Assembly: GCA_977020255.1 (NCBI GenBank)
Contig: CDROCS010000983.1
Coordinates: 186,001-250,000, forward strand
Source: Obrimoposthia wandeli
Taxonomy: Eukaryota
DNA length: 64,000 nt
Direction: 5' to 3'
Below the pieces are notes generated by a model. That model was given only the letters and a program-made list of their open reading frames with translations. It was not told where the DNA came from and did no database searches. Shown here one piece after another: positions 46,562 through 60,540 of the stretch. The first letter of the stretch is position 1; every line of letters starts with the position of its first letter. The position numbers and the translations under genes were made by a program.

Positions 46562-47016
46562 CTAAACCGGTTTGCATATTTTGCGGGATGATTTTTTAAA
46601 TATTTCTTTAATGGCTCCAAGAATAGCAATTGAAAACTTTGCTTTAACTGGAACTGCATGAGCAAATCTGCTAAATACATCAATGCATGTTAAAATATAT
46701 ATGTATCCCTTATTAATGGAATAATAAGGAATCATCTCCATCAAATCCATTTGATATAAATAATTAGGTCTGCTGGTATTGTATGCTCAATCTGGAAACC
46801 TTCTCCTCGTCGGCTTGTTCAGACATAGGTTAACTGATCGCTCAGCCAGCTCTGCGTTTTCTTGTAATCCTGCTTGTTTCTTTTTGCAAATTGTGAAACT
46901 TCTGTAATTTTTGTAAACAAATTATTAAAGTCTGATTCCTTGTTAGCTTCCTGATACAAATCATCAGTAATAATTACATCTTTTTTAGAAATATTATTTA
47001 CTATAATTTGCATCAA
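46562..47016 (-). pseudogene. Polinton-type integrase relic
   Basis: QSWLSDQLTY..RRRF..YQMDLMEM..NKGYIYILTCIDVFSRFAHAVPVKAK matches Polinton integrase N-terminus and first catalytic Asp region. Confidence 0.8.
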
Positions 47017-47224
47017 ATCATTAAATTAATTTTATTCCATTCAACTTGCAAACTTCTGTTTGAGTTAGTCCACTATCCATTCCTCCACCATGATGCCAAA
47101 AAATGTTTTTGAATCTGGAATTGAAAAGAGTTTCATTTTGTAGCAAATTACATACGAAATATGTCTTTCTACTTCGAAATAAGATTAGATAAGAAAACTA
47201 TATTCATATTAAACACATGCAGAT

Positions 47225-47450
47225 ACTAAATTTCCATATATCAATATACCTTATGGTGTCTTCTACTTCATGTACGAGATTGTTTGTGCGACACTACCTT
47301 GTGGTTTCCCAGGCTGTGACAGCATTTTATGAGTATGTCCAGAGTATTAGAAAGGTAAATATTATATTTTCTGGTACTTCAATTTCCACCAAAAATTCAG
47401 AAACTTTAATTGGGTAAATTATTTTTATAATGCATACATCCACTTTTTAA
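47225..47450 (-). mobile_element. Dispersed repeat, copy 2 (copy 1 at ~11575-11830)
   Basis: Shared GGTGTCTTCTACTTCATGTA, TGTGACAGCATTTT and ATACATCCACTTTT blocks. Confidence 0.6.
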
Positions 47451-48529
47451 TCATTCGAAAAATTATTAATTTAAACGAGTTTGTTAATAGAAAAGATAAC
47501 AAAATCTAATACAAAAATTCTAAATCGATTTAACAGTGCATTGATAATCCAATTGATAATTCTCAATCCTGAAATCATAACTTTTCCAGTGGAAATATAT
47601 TTATACATAGCGTGTAAACTTCAAATATTTGAGTGCAGGAAACATTTCAGGTTAAAACATGCATTCTTCTTTTATTTTCCGTCATTTTATAAAGATTTAT
47701 TGGTTTCCCAACTGCATTTGATTGTATGGAAATGATTTGAATTTCAAATGGTAAATTGATTTCATTCAACGGTGTATTGCATCCCATAACACGACAACTT
47801 CCTAAAAACATTAATATGAAAAGACAATAAAAACTAACCTGAAAGAAAAACAACAACTGTAAAATCATCAAACTTTTTCAGATATTCTCTCGGCTTCTAA
47901 TCATTGAATGATAAGTGTGAAATATCATCTTATATTCTTCCTTTATAATTTATTTTTACAAGTTTCATTAGACTAAAATTGTTTCTTTATATATGTCTGA
48001 ACTTGCCTTTTATTGCATATTTCTTGTAAATATCTTACAAACCTATTATAATTGGATGATTGAAATCTAATATATTTCTTTCAATAAATTTCAATTTTAA
48101 ATATGGATTTAGTCCAATCATATTGTACAGCAAAATACAGCCTCTTAGGACTTTGAGTTAAGCTAATATGGTGTTTATATTTTCTATTTTAATAAATGTT
48201 TTAAAATTAATTTTGTCATGCATTTTGTTGTTTTCCTCATATATACCTAAAGTGAAGCTAATATGATGTTTTATTTTTTTAATTAAATATTTTGAAATTA
48301 ATGTTGTATTATTTTTCTAATAAAAATATATAAGTCTGATCTACATATTTTTGTTCTTCTAACAGGTATAAAAATGTAGTCATTTATTCCTACAAAATTA
48401 TTATTTTAAATCGCATCTACGATAAGTCAATGAGGTCAATATGAATTCTTGTGGACTTATTTAATCACTTTTGGGGTCGGATAAGAAATTCACAAAAAAA
48501 ATGGTCGTGTTACCTCCCATCGACTGGAC

Positions 48530-48642
48530 ACATATGCACGAAATTTCAGTCCACACACATGCACAGCTTTACAAACAGTGGTACCCTCTTCTCTGTCGGG
48601 GTGAATAACGGTGGATTAGACCGGACACATGCACCTACTACT
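48530..48642. mobile_element. Right-hand Polinton-type TIR
   Basis: GGATTAGACCGGACACATGCACCTACTACT; reverse complement begins AGTAGTAGGTG; homologous to the TIRs at 40682 and 36765. Confidence 0.7.
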
Positions 48643-50997
48643 GACACTTACAGTATTCGCCATAATTATTGCACATATTATATAAAATTATGAAATCATA
48701 TATAAGAATCTTAGATATACATAATTGAACTATATTCAATAAATAATTAAAACCGTGATAAATTACCATGTTTAATATAAAATTCATAATTTTGTATAAA
48801 TAAATTCATTTGAAGAAAAGATTTCAACTTATGCCTGGTCATAATTATTGCCCGTTTTATAAATCTTCATTTAAAAGAAAATAATAGAAATATAATGAAA
48901 GCGTTTGAATCTTTTATTTAAGATATAGCATTAATACTTTGTTTGGTAACCGTTTGAAGCTCTTATGACACTAAGACATTGATGTAGAGATGCATAAAGA
49001 ATTAATCGTAATTTTGTTTCATTCCTGGAATATAGGACATCTGAAGTAAATTTTAGAAAATTGTTTTTTACCGAGATATTATTTTCAATATTTCCATCAA
49101 ATTTTCTATTATATTAATGTGCAGTGACTGTGGGGTTAATCTAACATTTACATAAAATGTGAATTATCAAAGTAATTCATAGTTATATCAGATGAATGGC
49201 AACTAGCGCTATCTTGCGTAAAGGCGTTATTTGCATTGTAAAAGTTATTAATTCCACCTTCTAAAACTCATATGTATTTCGTTGAATCTAACCTAATTCC
49301 ACAAAGGTTCATTATTCTTATCCTTTGATAGCACCACATACCATAATAGATAAAGTGGCATATTTCACGATTTTGAATCATATCGGTAAACAAATCTTTT
49401 GTTAGTAAGTTATCTTACTAATTTGCTAACATATAAGTTCTTTGTTATCCTGATTTCATCTGAAACAAAATGACTTTTTCCCAGTTTTAAACTAAAAATT
49501 CCCCGTAAGTAATCACAAACAACATTCTCATTCTTTTATTTTTAACGATATTTCTGACTTCACAGGAGCTTTTCGTGAAAATAAACTTCTTTTTTTTAAA
49601 TGCTAAAGTTTCTTAACGAATTATTATTTTCCAAAGTAACCTTCTCATTTATCTCTTTAGTACTCTAAAATGGATCTTTAATTGATTCTCGACAAATAAT
49701 TCTTTTATTTTATTATTGTTTTGCATCTTCTTCAGGTTCTTTAGTATTAATAATGTTTCCTGCATTAATTATTTAGTTATTATCCTACTTGTGGTAGTTC
49801 AATGAATTCTGAGACATTTCAAAATGTATGTATGACTTTTTCCTTGTTCAACCATAAATATCGCAGTCCATCTTTTATTTTGCTTCATTTTCATTTTTTC
49901 TAAATAAAAGAGATAATAATAAAATAAATTGTCTGTTAAATAAATGCATAAAATAACACAATTAAGACATGTCACAATACTGTAAAATAATTTGGTAAAT
50001 AAAACAAGTGCAATAAATTTGTCCATCCAAAAATACGCTATATCTATCAAATAAAATATTTATCTTTAACTCTTGCATTCATATATTGAAATTGTCTATA
50101 AAAGTTAATTTAATTCTTTAATTAATTATTTCTTCAGGTTTATTGCTTCATATTTTTTGTGAAAACTAATATTTAAAACGAAGTGCAATATTTATGGCAA
50201 AAACTGTATAAGCACATATTCCCCATTCAGAAGTTCTAGGTTAAGTTATCGGAGAGATTGCAAGGTGTAATAGTTCAGATGTAGAATGCGCGATTTGCAA
50301 GTAGTGAAACCACTGATTAAATTTTCATCGCATCAGCTAATTTGATATCAAACCTAACATTTGGTACCTCCATGATTTGGACTCTAAATGATCTTATAGC
50401 TTGAGGACAGGCCTAATCTAAGGGGGTGATATATTAAGATAAATATTTGATAAAAATCCGTTTCTGACAATTAAAAGTGCATAATCCCTACTCAAAAATT
50501 CTGAGTTGGTTTATTGTGAGAAATTACGAACCATAGTTCGTCAGTAATAAAATGCGCATCTTTCAAGTAGTGATACCCGTGATCCAATTCCCTGTTGCGG
50601 CAAATTATTTGCTCCCGAACATTACACGTGTATGCTTTTACATTGAAATCATTAAATATCGACTAAAATTTATATAATTAAATAAAAATGTAGAAAAAAT
50701 ACATATTTTTGTTGAATTAATTGAAATTAAAAAAAATAAACCTACTTAAAAATAGTTACATTTTAAGAAATCAATTCAAACTTATATATTTGTTTCCACA
50801 CTTATAAAAAAATTCAAATATGAATGATAAATAAAGTAAAATATATTTTTAATAAATATTGAAAAAGTTGAAATAAATTCAAAAGATTTTCTTCGCTAAA
50901 AATATATTTTGTCGTTTTGAATTTGTTACATCCTCTTCTGTCTGAGTATATTTTGGAAATTCTTTTTTATTAACATTTGCAAACGTTATTAACGATA

Positions 50998-51752
50998 AGT
51001 AGGTACTTTGATGGAGTCTAGACCACTGGGGGGGTCCCCCCTTGTGTGCGCACACCAAGTTAAATGGTGTCACACCATAGAAATGTCACACCATAAGGGT
51101 GTCACACCATAAGGGTATATGTTGCCTCACCATAGGGGTGTCTTGCCACACCATAAGGTCTGGCTCAGAAAGGTTATGAAGGTTTGAAGGTATGGTCGTG
51201 ACCGTCTATGGTCGGCCAACATACCAAAGGGGTTGTGGTCGTCCATAAATCAAAGGGTCGGACTCAGTTTTGACTTGAAGGTTTGAAGGTATGGTCATGA
51301 CCATCTATGGTCGACCAACATACCCAAGGGGTTGTGGTCGTCCATAGATGAAAGGGTTGGGGTCAGTTTGGACTTGAATGTTTGAAGGTATAATTGAGGT
51401 CAACTATGGTTGACCAACACATCTAAAGGGTCATGGACGTCCATAAATCAAAGGGTCGGGCTAAAGACAAATTCAAGTTTAAAATATCAAGGTTTGAATA
51501 CATGGTTGGAATCATCTTTAAAAGACGACTTCATCCATATAGGTATGGTTGTCCATAGATGAAGGGTTAAAAAAATTGGAATTTCATAGTTTCAAGTACA
51601 TGGTTGTATTTGTCAACATATTACGAGTTTAATCATGTAAAAATTTTATGGTCGTCCACAAGTTAAGGGTCAAATTTGGAAAAACATGATAATTATATTA
51701 TATGGTTGTAATTGTCTATGAAAATTGAGTTCAAATATACTCTTAAAGTCAT
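50998..51752. mobile_element. Left-hand Polinton-type terminal repeat (family of 1653-2279) with TCACACCATA repeats and three 99-bp units
   Basis: Starts AGTAGGTAC; 99-bp units at 51181, 51280, 51379; inverted homolog of 1653-2279. Confidence 0.65.
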
Positions 51753-52179
51753 GCATGAAGAAATAAATTGAATATTCATATTATATTAATAAGACAATGG
51801 CAAAAATATCAAGTAATTAAAAAATAAAATTGTTTGTTGAGTTAATTTACTAAATTTGTATATAAATATATTTTCGAATAGTACAAAAGAGAAACGAATA
51901 ATGATAATTTCAATTATATTTACGAATATAATTGTATAATCGAGTTATTTAAAAATAAAGAATTTAAATTAAACTAATTATTTTAAAATATTTCAATTAA
52001 GGAATTTTATCAAACGAGATAAGACATTTTAATTATTTAATTGCATGAGTATGTATGAAAGGTTAACTTTAACATGGAGGTAAACTATGTGAAAATATGA
52101 AAGTTCACATCTTAATTATTATAACTTCATCAGGTTGTTACATCATCTTCATTGATTGATAGTATTAATTTAATAATTA

Positions 52180-53400
52180 GCTAGTACTCACTTGCAGTTT
52201 AAGATTCACTTGCAAAGATTCTTACTTGTATTTGCATTCATATTTGCATTCATTTACATCCATACTTGCATTCACTTGCATTCATTCTAACTCTCATATA
52301 TTTAAACTAGCATTCAAATTCATTAATATATTTACTAATTTTCATTCATAATTGACATTCGTACTTGCAGTCGTATTCTTTCTTACTTGTACTTGTAGAT
52401 GCATTCAATCATACTTGCATTCATTTACATTCAATCTAACTGTAATTTATTCAAACTATCTTTCAATTACATTCAAATACATTAATATTTTACTAATTTT
52501 CATTCATACCTTCAAACTTAGTGTTGTTTTCTATTAATCTTGCCATAACTTAGTCGTTCTAATTTTTAACATACTTCAATATCACTGCTTCTTATAGTAG
52601 CTTACTTGTTATTAATCTAACTGTAACTTAACATAACTTTATTCATACGAAAACTCTATTTTAATTTACTCATAGTCTAAATTACACTCGCATTCAATCA
52701 AACTATCGACACTCTTATTTTTATTTTTTCAATTACATTCACTTGCTAAGACTCTTGCTTGTATTTGCATTCACTTGCATTCACACTTGCATTCATTTAC
52801 ATTCAATCTAACTATAATTTATTCAACGAAAACTCTATTTTAATTTACTTATAGTCTAAATTACACTCGAATTCAATCAAACTATCGACACTCTTATTTT
52901 TAAATTACATTCACTTGCTAAGACACTTACTTGTATTGACATTCGTACTAGCATTCATACTTGTATTCACTTACAATCATTCTAAGTAGCATTCAAATTC
53001 ATTAATATTTTCCTAATTTTCACTTATACCGTCAAACATAGTATTGTTTTCTATTAATATTGCTGTAACTTAGTCATTCTAACTTTTAACATAACTCAAT
53101 ATCACTGCTTCTTATAGTTGTTTACGAAAATCGATTTTAATTTACTTATAGTCTAAATTATACTCACATTCAATCATACTATCGACACTTTTATTTTTAA
53201 ATTACATTCACTTGCTAAGACTCTTACTTGTATTTGCATTCATTTGCATTCATACTTGTATTCATTTACATTCAATCTAACTCTCATTTATTCAAACTAT
53301 CATTCAAGTATTCAAATAAATTAATATTTTACTAATTTTTATTCATAGCGTTAAACTTAGTGTTGTTGTTTTTTTTTCCCCGCTGTAACTTAGTCGTTAA
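52180..53400. repeat. Complex tandem repeat built from CATTCACTTG/TTGCATTC motifs and larger re-shuffled blocks
   Basis: ATTACATTCACTTGCTAAGAC at ~52731, 52904, 53202; ACTATCGACACT-containing block three times. Confidence 0.75.
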
Positions 53401-54787
53401 ATCGGAAAGAATGTATAAAGAATGGATTTTCTTACTTTGCAAATGTTATTCACTTGAGTTTGAAGATGATATTATGAAATTACATAATAAATATGTTTAA
53501 TTTTGTATTATTTTCTGACTTCTTTCTTATTTTTTTTTATTTTAATATATAATTTATGTTATTTAAAGAAATTTTATCATAATTCTTTAGATGTGTAAGC
53601 CTAGGAAAAAAAAACATTGATCTAAGTTTTCACATAGAATAGTGTGTGTGTTAAAAACCACATTCCTTAACTGATAAGAGTGAACTTTATACTAAATTTT
53701 CACATAGAATAGTGTGTGTGATTACGTAATACATTGAGTGAGTGAACTTTCACATAGAATAATTGATTGATAGATGTGTTGGTACTTTAATATTTAAAAA
53801 TTTGTAAAATAAAACAATATTTGAAGTTTTATTGCTTGACGGATTCTCTAATAGGAAACCAACCAATCTCTTTTAGTTTATTATAAAACTACGGCATTTT
53901 AAAACTTTTTAGGACCAAGTGTACGGCTCTGTTGTGAATCATTTGCCGTTTCCTTAAGTAGCATTCTGAAATATTGTATAAGAGTGAATTTTTAAAATCT
54001 AGTTTAGATGATGAAATACTTTCTGTAATTAACATTTGAATTTTCGTATTTCAAGTATTATTCTTCAGTTCAAAGTTGCATATCTTGGCTGTTTTGATTA
54101 TTTGTCGAATCATAGTCAGATTTTAGTTGATAACACATCCAATATTTTACCCAAAATGTCATATTTAATCAAGTGTTCATCGACTTTGATACCTGATTTA
54201 ATTACCTTGAAGTTGTAAATATTCTTTGTTGAACCACAGAGAATAGCTCTAGTTGTGAATTCGTTGAGTTTTAAGCATTCTGATTTCATTCATTTGTAAC
54301 GTCTTTTCAAATACAATTAACTTTATTCAAAGTGTTTAAATAATCACAAATATCGAATTCAACATGGTAGTTGATCTCATGATTCGACAATACATCTTCT
54401 AATTTCGTTGAATTCATAGATGTTTCTTTATTACATATATAGTCAAATTGTATTAGTACGTTTTAAAATAATCGGTTAAATTCTTAGTATGTGATAATTT
54501 TCAACACGCCTCCTGCAGAAGATTCGTCCCTGAGTACAGTAATATTATTAATGAATTATATCAATAATAAAAATTATTTTCATCTTATTCAGGATACTTA
54601 GCTAACTTAGGATACTTAGCTATATTACCGATTTCCAAAATGCATTGAGTGATAACAATGCAACTTTCTTAAATTTAGTGTGAGATTTTCTCTACTTAAT
54701 TAAATGAAGTAAATTCTGACTTTTATCATTATTCTGAGGACAATTCTTTGTGAATGGTCAAGGCAACTTGAAGTGGATTTGACTCAC

Positions 54788-55645
54788 TGGATTGAGACTG
54801 AAGGTGAGCCGCATGGCGTACTTCTTCCAGATGTTGCTGCCGATGGCCTTGCCATAAGTGTCGGAGGCATACTCGAACCAGTAGAGACTTACGCATATAG
54901 CGTAGATGATCATGTTGGTACACATGGCGATGCTGCCGCGTGAGCGCTTCATGACCTTCTTCATCTCCTCCTGGTTGCCGGTGAGCGTGACAATGCGCAA
55001 CAGAATACCGAGGTAGATGACTAGGCTTAGTACAATCGGTATATACTGGAAGAGCATATTGCGCAGCAGATCGATGGCCGGCGTTATAGAGCTCTCACGA
55101 CAGTCACCAATGATGGGGTCCATGTCGTACCAGAACAGCCAGACGATGCCACCGTAGAAGTAGACCATAACCGGCACGATGACGAAACAGACGTAGGCAA
55201 TTGCCACGAACCGATAGCTGCTCATGTGCTGCCGGTAGAAGATTGGGAAAAAGACGCCGAATAGCTTGTAGATGGCAACGAGGGTCTGACCGTAGTTGGA
55301 CACCGACAGAGCCTGGATGAAGATGCCGGCCTCGAACATACAGAAGTCGTCGTTACCGACCACGATTCGGTGCTTGAGCAGCATGAACGTCTGGACACAC
55401 TCAAATGGCAGGCAGAAAACGTTAGTCACGAAGTCGGAGATGATGACGCCTAGCAGGATCCGATAATTGGGATACTTCCATAGTGCCGAAAAATGTCGGA
55501 TCACGTACATGAAGAAGATGTTGCCGACCACCCCGAAAATGGCACCTGCGATGCTTAGCGCCAGCCACAGATCGATTAACTCGTACGTGTCTGACAGCTG
55601 AGTGTTGCTTCCATTCGACTTTTCTGTTTTCGTCTGGTTGTCCAT
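54788..55645 (-). CDS. Rhodopsin-like (class A) orphan GPCR, main exon (TM1-TM7)
   Basis: Seven hydrophobic segments; N-glycosylation sequons NQT/NGS; GN in TM1, D in TM2, Cys at top of TM3 and in ECL2, P in TM5; ends LNP followed by GTGAGT donor. Confidence 0.85.
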
Positions 55646-58600
55646 GCCGCGGCTCTGCAGCACAACATTGCCCCTTTTGGCTTATGTAGGTCCTGCTGCA
55701 GCCTCATTGGTTCAGATCAAACTGATAGCCGACCTATGGGCGCATGATGCTCTATTTTACAGGTGATCAGCCTCAGGAGATTCTCTGTTCTCTGTTAAAT
55801 CATTTTATATATACAAACTTAATTATTAAATAATATATCAGGAAGTTGAAATAAATTTTAAAATAAAATTAGTTATATCTAAACTTTTATTAATTTTTGT
55901 AATTAGCGCTTTATTAATCTTTATTTAAATATATTATTTTTTGTAAATAAATTTACAAAATTAATTTGATACTAAGCGATGAAGCTAAATAAAATATCGA
56001 ATTAATATATCAAGAGTTGGAATGACAACCACTTGAAGATTTCAGTACTTGTCCAGTGTTTTGGTACTCATTCCAGTGCCTAACTTCGCTGTCTACCAAG
56101 AAGATACTTATTTCGATGCGTTTAGACTTAAGTAACTTCTGGGGAATCCACAAGATTGATACAATCAGCTGATGTGTCGTGGAACAATACATTAAGGCAT
56201 CACTCAGAAAAGGTATGTAGATTTGATGATTAAATGTACTCACACCCTTCGCATTTTGAAGAAACATGCAGTTCGTACTCTACAACGCTCCCGGTTGATT
56301 CCCTTTTAGTGGAGGAAAGTTGGTAAGCAATCTCAACAGAACAGATCCTGAGTTCAATGAAACAATGCGGTATAACCGGAGGAGCTAGTGGACCCCAAGA
56401 CAATTATATCGACAGCTGTAAGCCTGTACACGAATGCCAAGATGATTTCAGAGCGTTGCTGTGACTTCAACAAAATGAGGATAGTAATGTTCATGAGTAT
56501 ATATATTTAAATGACTTTTGAAATCTTTCCTGTTCAAGATGTTTTATGATGATGAATAATTTCCAATAAGTAAACATAATTATTGAATAGGGTTTTATCA
56601 GCTAGATTTCATACCTACATTTCATATCCGTATGTTACATAATGTTATGTGAATTATTCTAATTAGTAATTTTGAAAATTTGCTAACGAATCAAATTTCT
56701 ACATATGACTAATTTACCACGTTCTTTCATATTTTGTCGGTTCAGACATATTTTAATTTTTTCTTTATGAAAACTAAATTAAAATGCATTTAAAAATTTA
56801 AAAAATTATATTCAAATGTTTATATGTAAGTAATTGATAAAACCAAACTAATTTTAAATATTCGATTTAATGATTTAAGTGTCCTCAAATCATTGTTTAA
56901 TTTTTTAAAATTAATATGATGAAAAAGAGTCTTAAATGACTTATTTATGGCATTTTTAATTAAAGCTATTAATTAAGAAGAATTTAATATTTTAAGGAAA
57001 GTATTTCATAATTTAGTTAAAATAGAACATTTGATTAAAATTTTAGTTATTTATTTGTACAAAAACCAACTGTTCAAGTATTAATATAATTTTAAAACTA
57101 ACATGTGCTAAAATACTTTTAAAAGAAGCACTAAAAATGAAAATCACATTTTAAATCTTTTATTTAATTTTAATTATATACATTCCTGATTTACGAAGAA
57201 AAATATTTGCGTACAAAAATTACTTAAACAATATGTTACTAGATCGATGTACCATGGTCAGCAAGAAGCTCAGTCTTGAGTTTGCGTGACTATGAACTAA
57301 ATAGTATTGTCCAAAAACGTGTGATCATGCAGCAGTATGAAAGTATTTATAGTTGCAAAACTGCAAAGATATTTAACATGAGAACACGATCAGAATATTT
57401 TAAAGTATGTTTAGGAGTACTGAGAGTGTGGTTGATGCATCACAATCCTAAAATTCCAGAATGAGATAAAGGTAGAAATTAAAAAGCACTTGCAAACTTA
57501 TTCGAAAACATCAACATTGACTGATCAATCAAAAATGTATGTAATTGTCGAAGAATTAATTATTATTGATAGAATGGAATTAAATACTAAAATATTCTAA
57601 ATTAGTAAAATAAATTAAATAGTGGGGAATGAGATGGCAATGATGGGTGGGTAGTGAAAGTAGCGATGAAGGTTTGTAAAAAGTTGTAATTCGATAAGCG
57701 ATATGTAAAATTGTTTAAAAAAGTTTAACAAATTACCTTGAGAATCCTTAGTGATTCAAAGAGGTTGGAGTCAAAGATTGATGTTATTATTGAAAAGTTG
57801 GTATGTAAGTTTGAAAAGTTAAATGTTAAATCAATAAAGATGTCTTATGTATTTACCCTCTATATCAAAACAGTAATACTCATCAAATTAGTTACATTGT
57901 GACATTGTGCTTAAATTATGTGGTCATCAAATTTTTTTCATTACCTTGTTCTTGAATTTTGTATTAATCAAATTAGTTATTATCTTTCGAAATTTTCGCA
58001 AATATTCAAAAAAATGCAGCTTGTTTGATTATACATTTATATTTAATCAATTTTTTACACATTATCAAATAAGAATAGAATCGAATATATATATTAGCTT
58101 TTAAATTATATTTAAGAACAACAACAATATTTTTATTGTAATAAAGTATTATTTTAAAAGAAAATATTAGTTAATACATTTTGAAACAATTATATATAAA
58201 AATCTATTTATATAAATGAAATTATTTATATAAAATCAATACATTATTTAATTTCAAAATATATTCCTTACAATCACAAAAGAAACTGAAAGAAAAATAC
58301 ATAAAATATTTAACAATTTCGTCCGTGTAAAAGAGTGATCGTATGCAACCGATTGCTTTTTCTCAACCCTCTTACGCTAATTGAAAGATCTGATTATTAA
58401 TTTTATCAAAATTTTAATTTACAAAATGCGCTCAAATATAGTGAGTTTTATTTTTAGTCTAAGTATCTTGGAGAAGAAAAATTAGAACGGTATTATAATA
58501 ATGCTAATTGCTAAATTCGTATTATTGAATATCTTGCTTGGTCTATTCGTATTAATATTTCACACAGACAAAAGAAATATTCTGATTATCTATCTATTAA

Positions 58601-60254
58601 ATATCAATTATGTTTAACTTTTCATAATCATATAGAATTGAATATTTCTTTTGTTAGACTCAATTCTTTATCTCTAAGTGATATTAAATTAGATAACGAC
58701 CTATTTCAAAGTCCCTTACAATGCTATAATATATTTTATTGTACATGATGTTATATTGCAATTAATATAATTGGTTTGTGTTACATAGTGTATTTTTAAA
58801 TTAAATCTACAAAAAATACTTAGAAAGTCACATTGTATTAAACTTACACCCAAGGACTTCAGTTTTGAACCGTTTAAAAATTGCATAATTGTTGAAATTT
58901 GTAAAAAATCTAAATCTAAAGAATAAACAATAAATAAAACGTTAAAATCGTTATAAAATTTCATTTGCAATGCTTCATTTATTTCAATTAATAATATTAT
59001 AAATCCAACTTTTAAAGTCGTTAACTTATATAATACTGTCTGACATTGGTTGAAGAAACTAAATGAATAACAAACTCTACAATAAATTTTCTGAGTATTA
59101 TTATTATGTAAATTATCTCAATGCAATAAACAAATGATTGGAATATTTAATTTGTAATAAAAATTATTTTTACTTTGATTTGTACATTGTGATGAAGATT
59201 TTGATGAATATAATTTTTGTACATTCGATTAATTTCAATAAAGCAATATATTAAGTGAACGAGTAAATTACTAAAAGAGCGAATAAATTTTTGCTCAGAA
59301 AATCAATGTACCAAATTTTAACATTTTTATTCAATATAATTAAATTATTTTTTTAAAAAAATCATACGCTGGATAATAAAAAAAGGGAATAACTTTTAAG
59401 TTGAATGCAGGATAAACTAATAAAAAAACTTATAACAATTTAATCAATAAAATAATATTTTTATTTTCCAACATGTATGTTCCCAATTTCTTTTTGCTTC
59501 GTTTTATTTTTCTCCCCTGTGAGAAGATAAGTTCAAACGTGGTGTTTCAATGTGAATCAATAAATGTTGAACAATAATTTTGTACACTTCAGAATAATTT
59601 CATAATTATTATCAACTCAAGAATCCTAAATTGGTAATAATTTGAACGTCGATAAAATTGTTAAACAATAATTTTGATAAATGTAAATATTTTTGTACCA
59701 AACTCTCTCAGCCACCGCGAAGCCAAATATAACATACTCTGTCAACAACCTGACGAACCCATGGTGGAGCAAAACAGTAGAAAACGCTGTTCACAGGGTA
59801 TAACTCTACCGCTCAAATTGTAGGCATTTCAGTTTAAATTAGAAGTAATTATTAGTTTTGTAAAATGCCTAATAGTAGTGTAAAGAGTGCTTTCTCGCTC
59901 ATTAACTCACCAGGCCCTTCCAATTGAACTTACAAGTAAAAAATATAATTTTTGTTTATTCACTTTTTACACAAACTTTATTTATTTATTCACTTATTTG
60001 GAGTTAATTTTAATAGTCACATGTTTTGTTTCAATGACCTATATAATTTCATTATTCAGAGTTAGGACGCGACGCGAATAATGAAATCCACCTAAAATTG
60101 AATACCCTCCATGCGCTGAATCGTCACATATTTTGTCCAGTGGGTATGTACTCCTAAATTGTGATCCAATTGGAAAACTGGCTATTTTATTAACTACATT
60201 GAGGTTGTAAAAATATACTTACTTCATATAAACGCGCATCTATATTTCAAGATT

Positions 60255-60540
60255 TGAACTTCAAAGTCAAAAATTCCATAAATGGATATGTTAGGGTCTT
60301 TTGAAACTATATTTCAAGTCTCAAATTATCTTGGAGTGGGGGCCAATACGAAAGTGTGAATTACATTATCTGCTACAGTGACGGCTGTCCCATCGATTTC
60401 CAGTATTTTTAGCAAGATGAGAGGGTCATTCAAATCTAGATATTCAACATAAGATCCTTGAATTTTAAACATAATATCCAAAATGTCATTTCCAGTAATG
60501 TTTGCCGGATAAATATATTCGAAATAAGCATTTTCAACAA
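60255..60540 (-). pseudogene. Polinton major capsid protein relic
   Basis: YFEYIYPANI...IMFKIQGSYVEYLDLNDPLILLKILEIDG...NVIHT and YPFMEFL resemble the EF-x-I-x-G...YLDL...DG...HSLF...YPY pattern. Confidence 0.6.

Noticed and set aside
49799-50620. Tc1-like HTH and DDE-like fragments as one transposase
   Set aside because: Fragments are in the wrong order on the - strand and too decayed to call.
56010-56470. Hydrophobic, moderately GC-rich segment as a GPCR pseudo-exon
   Set aside because: Multiple stops and no convincing TM motif alignment.
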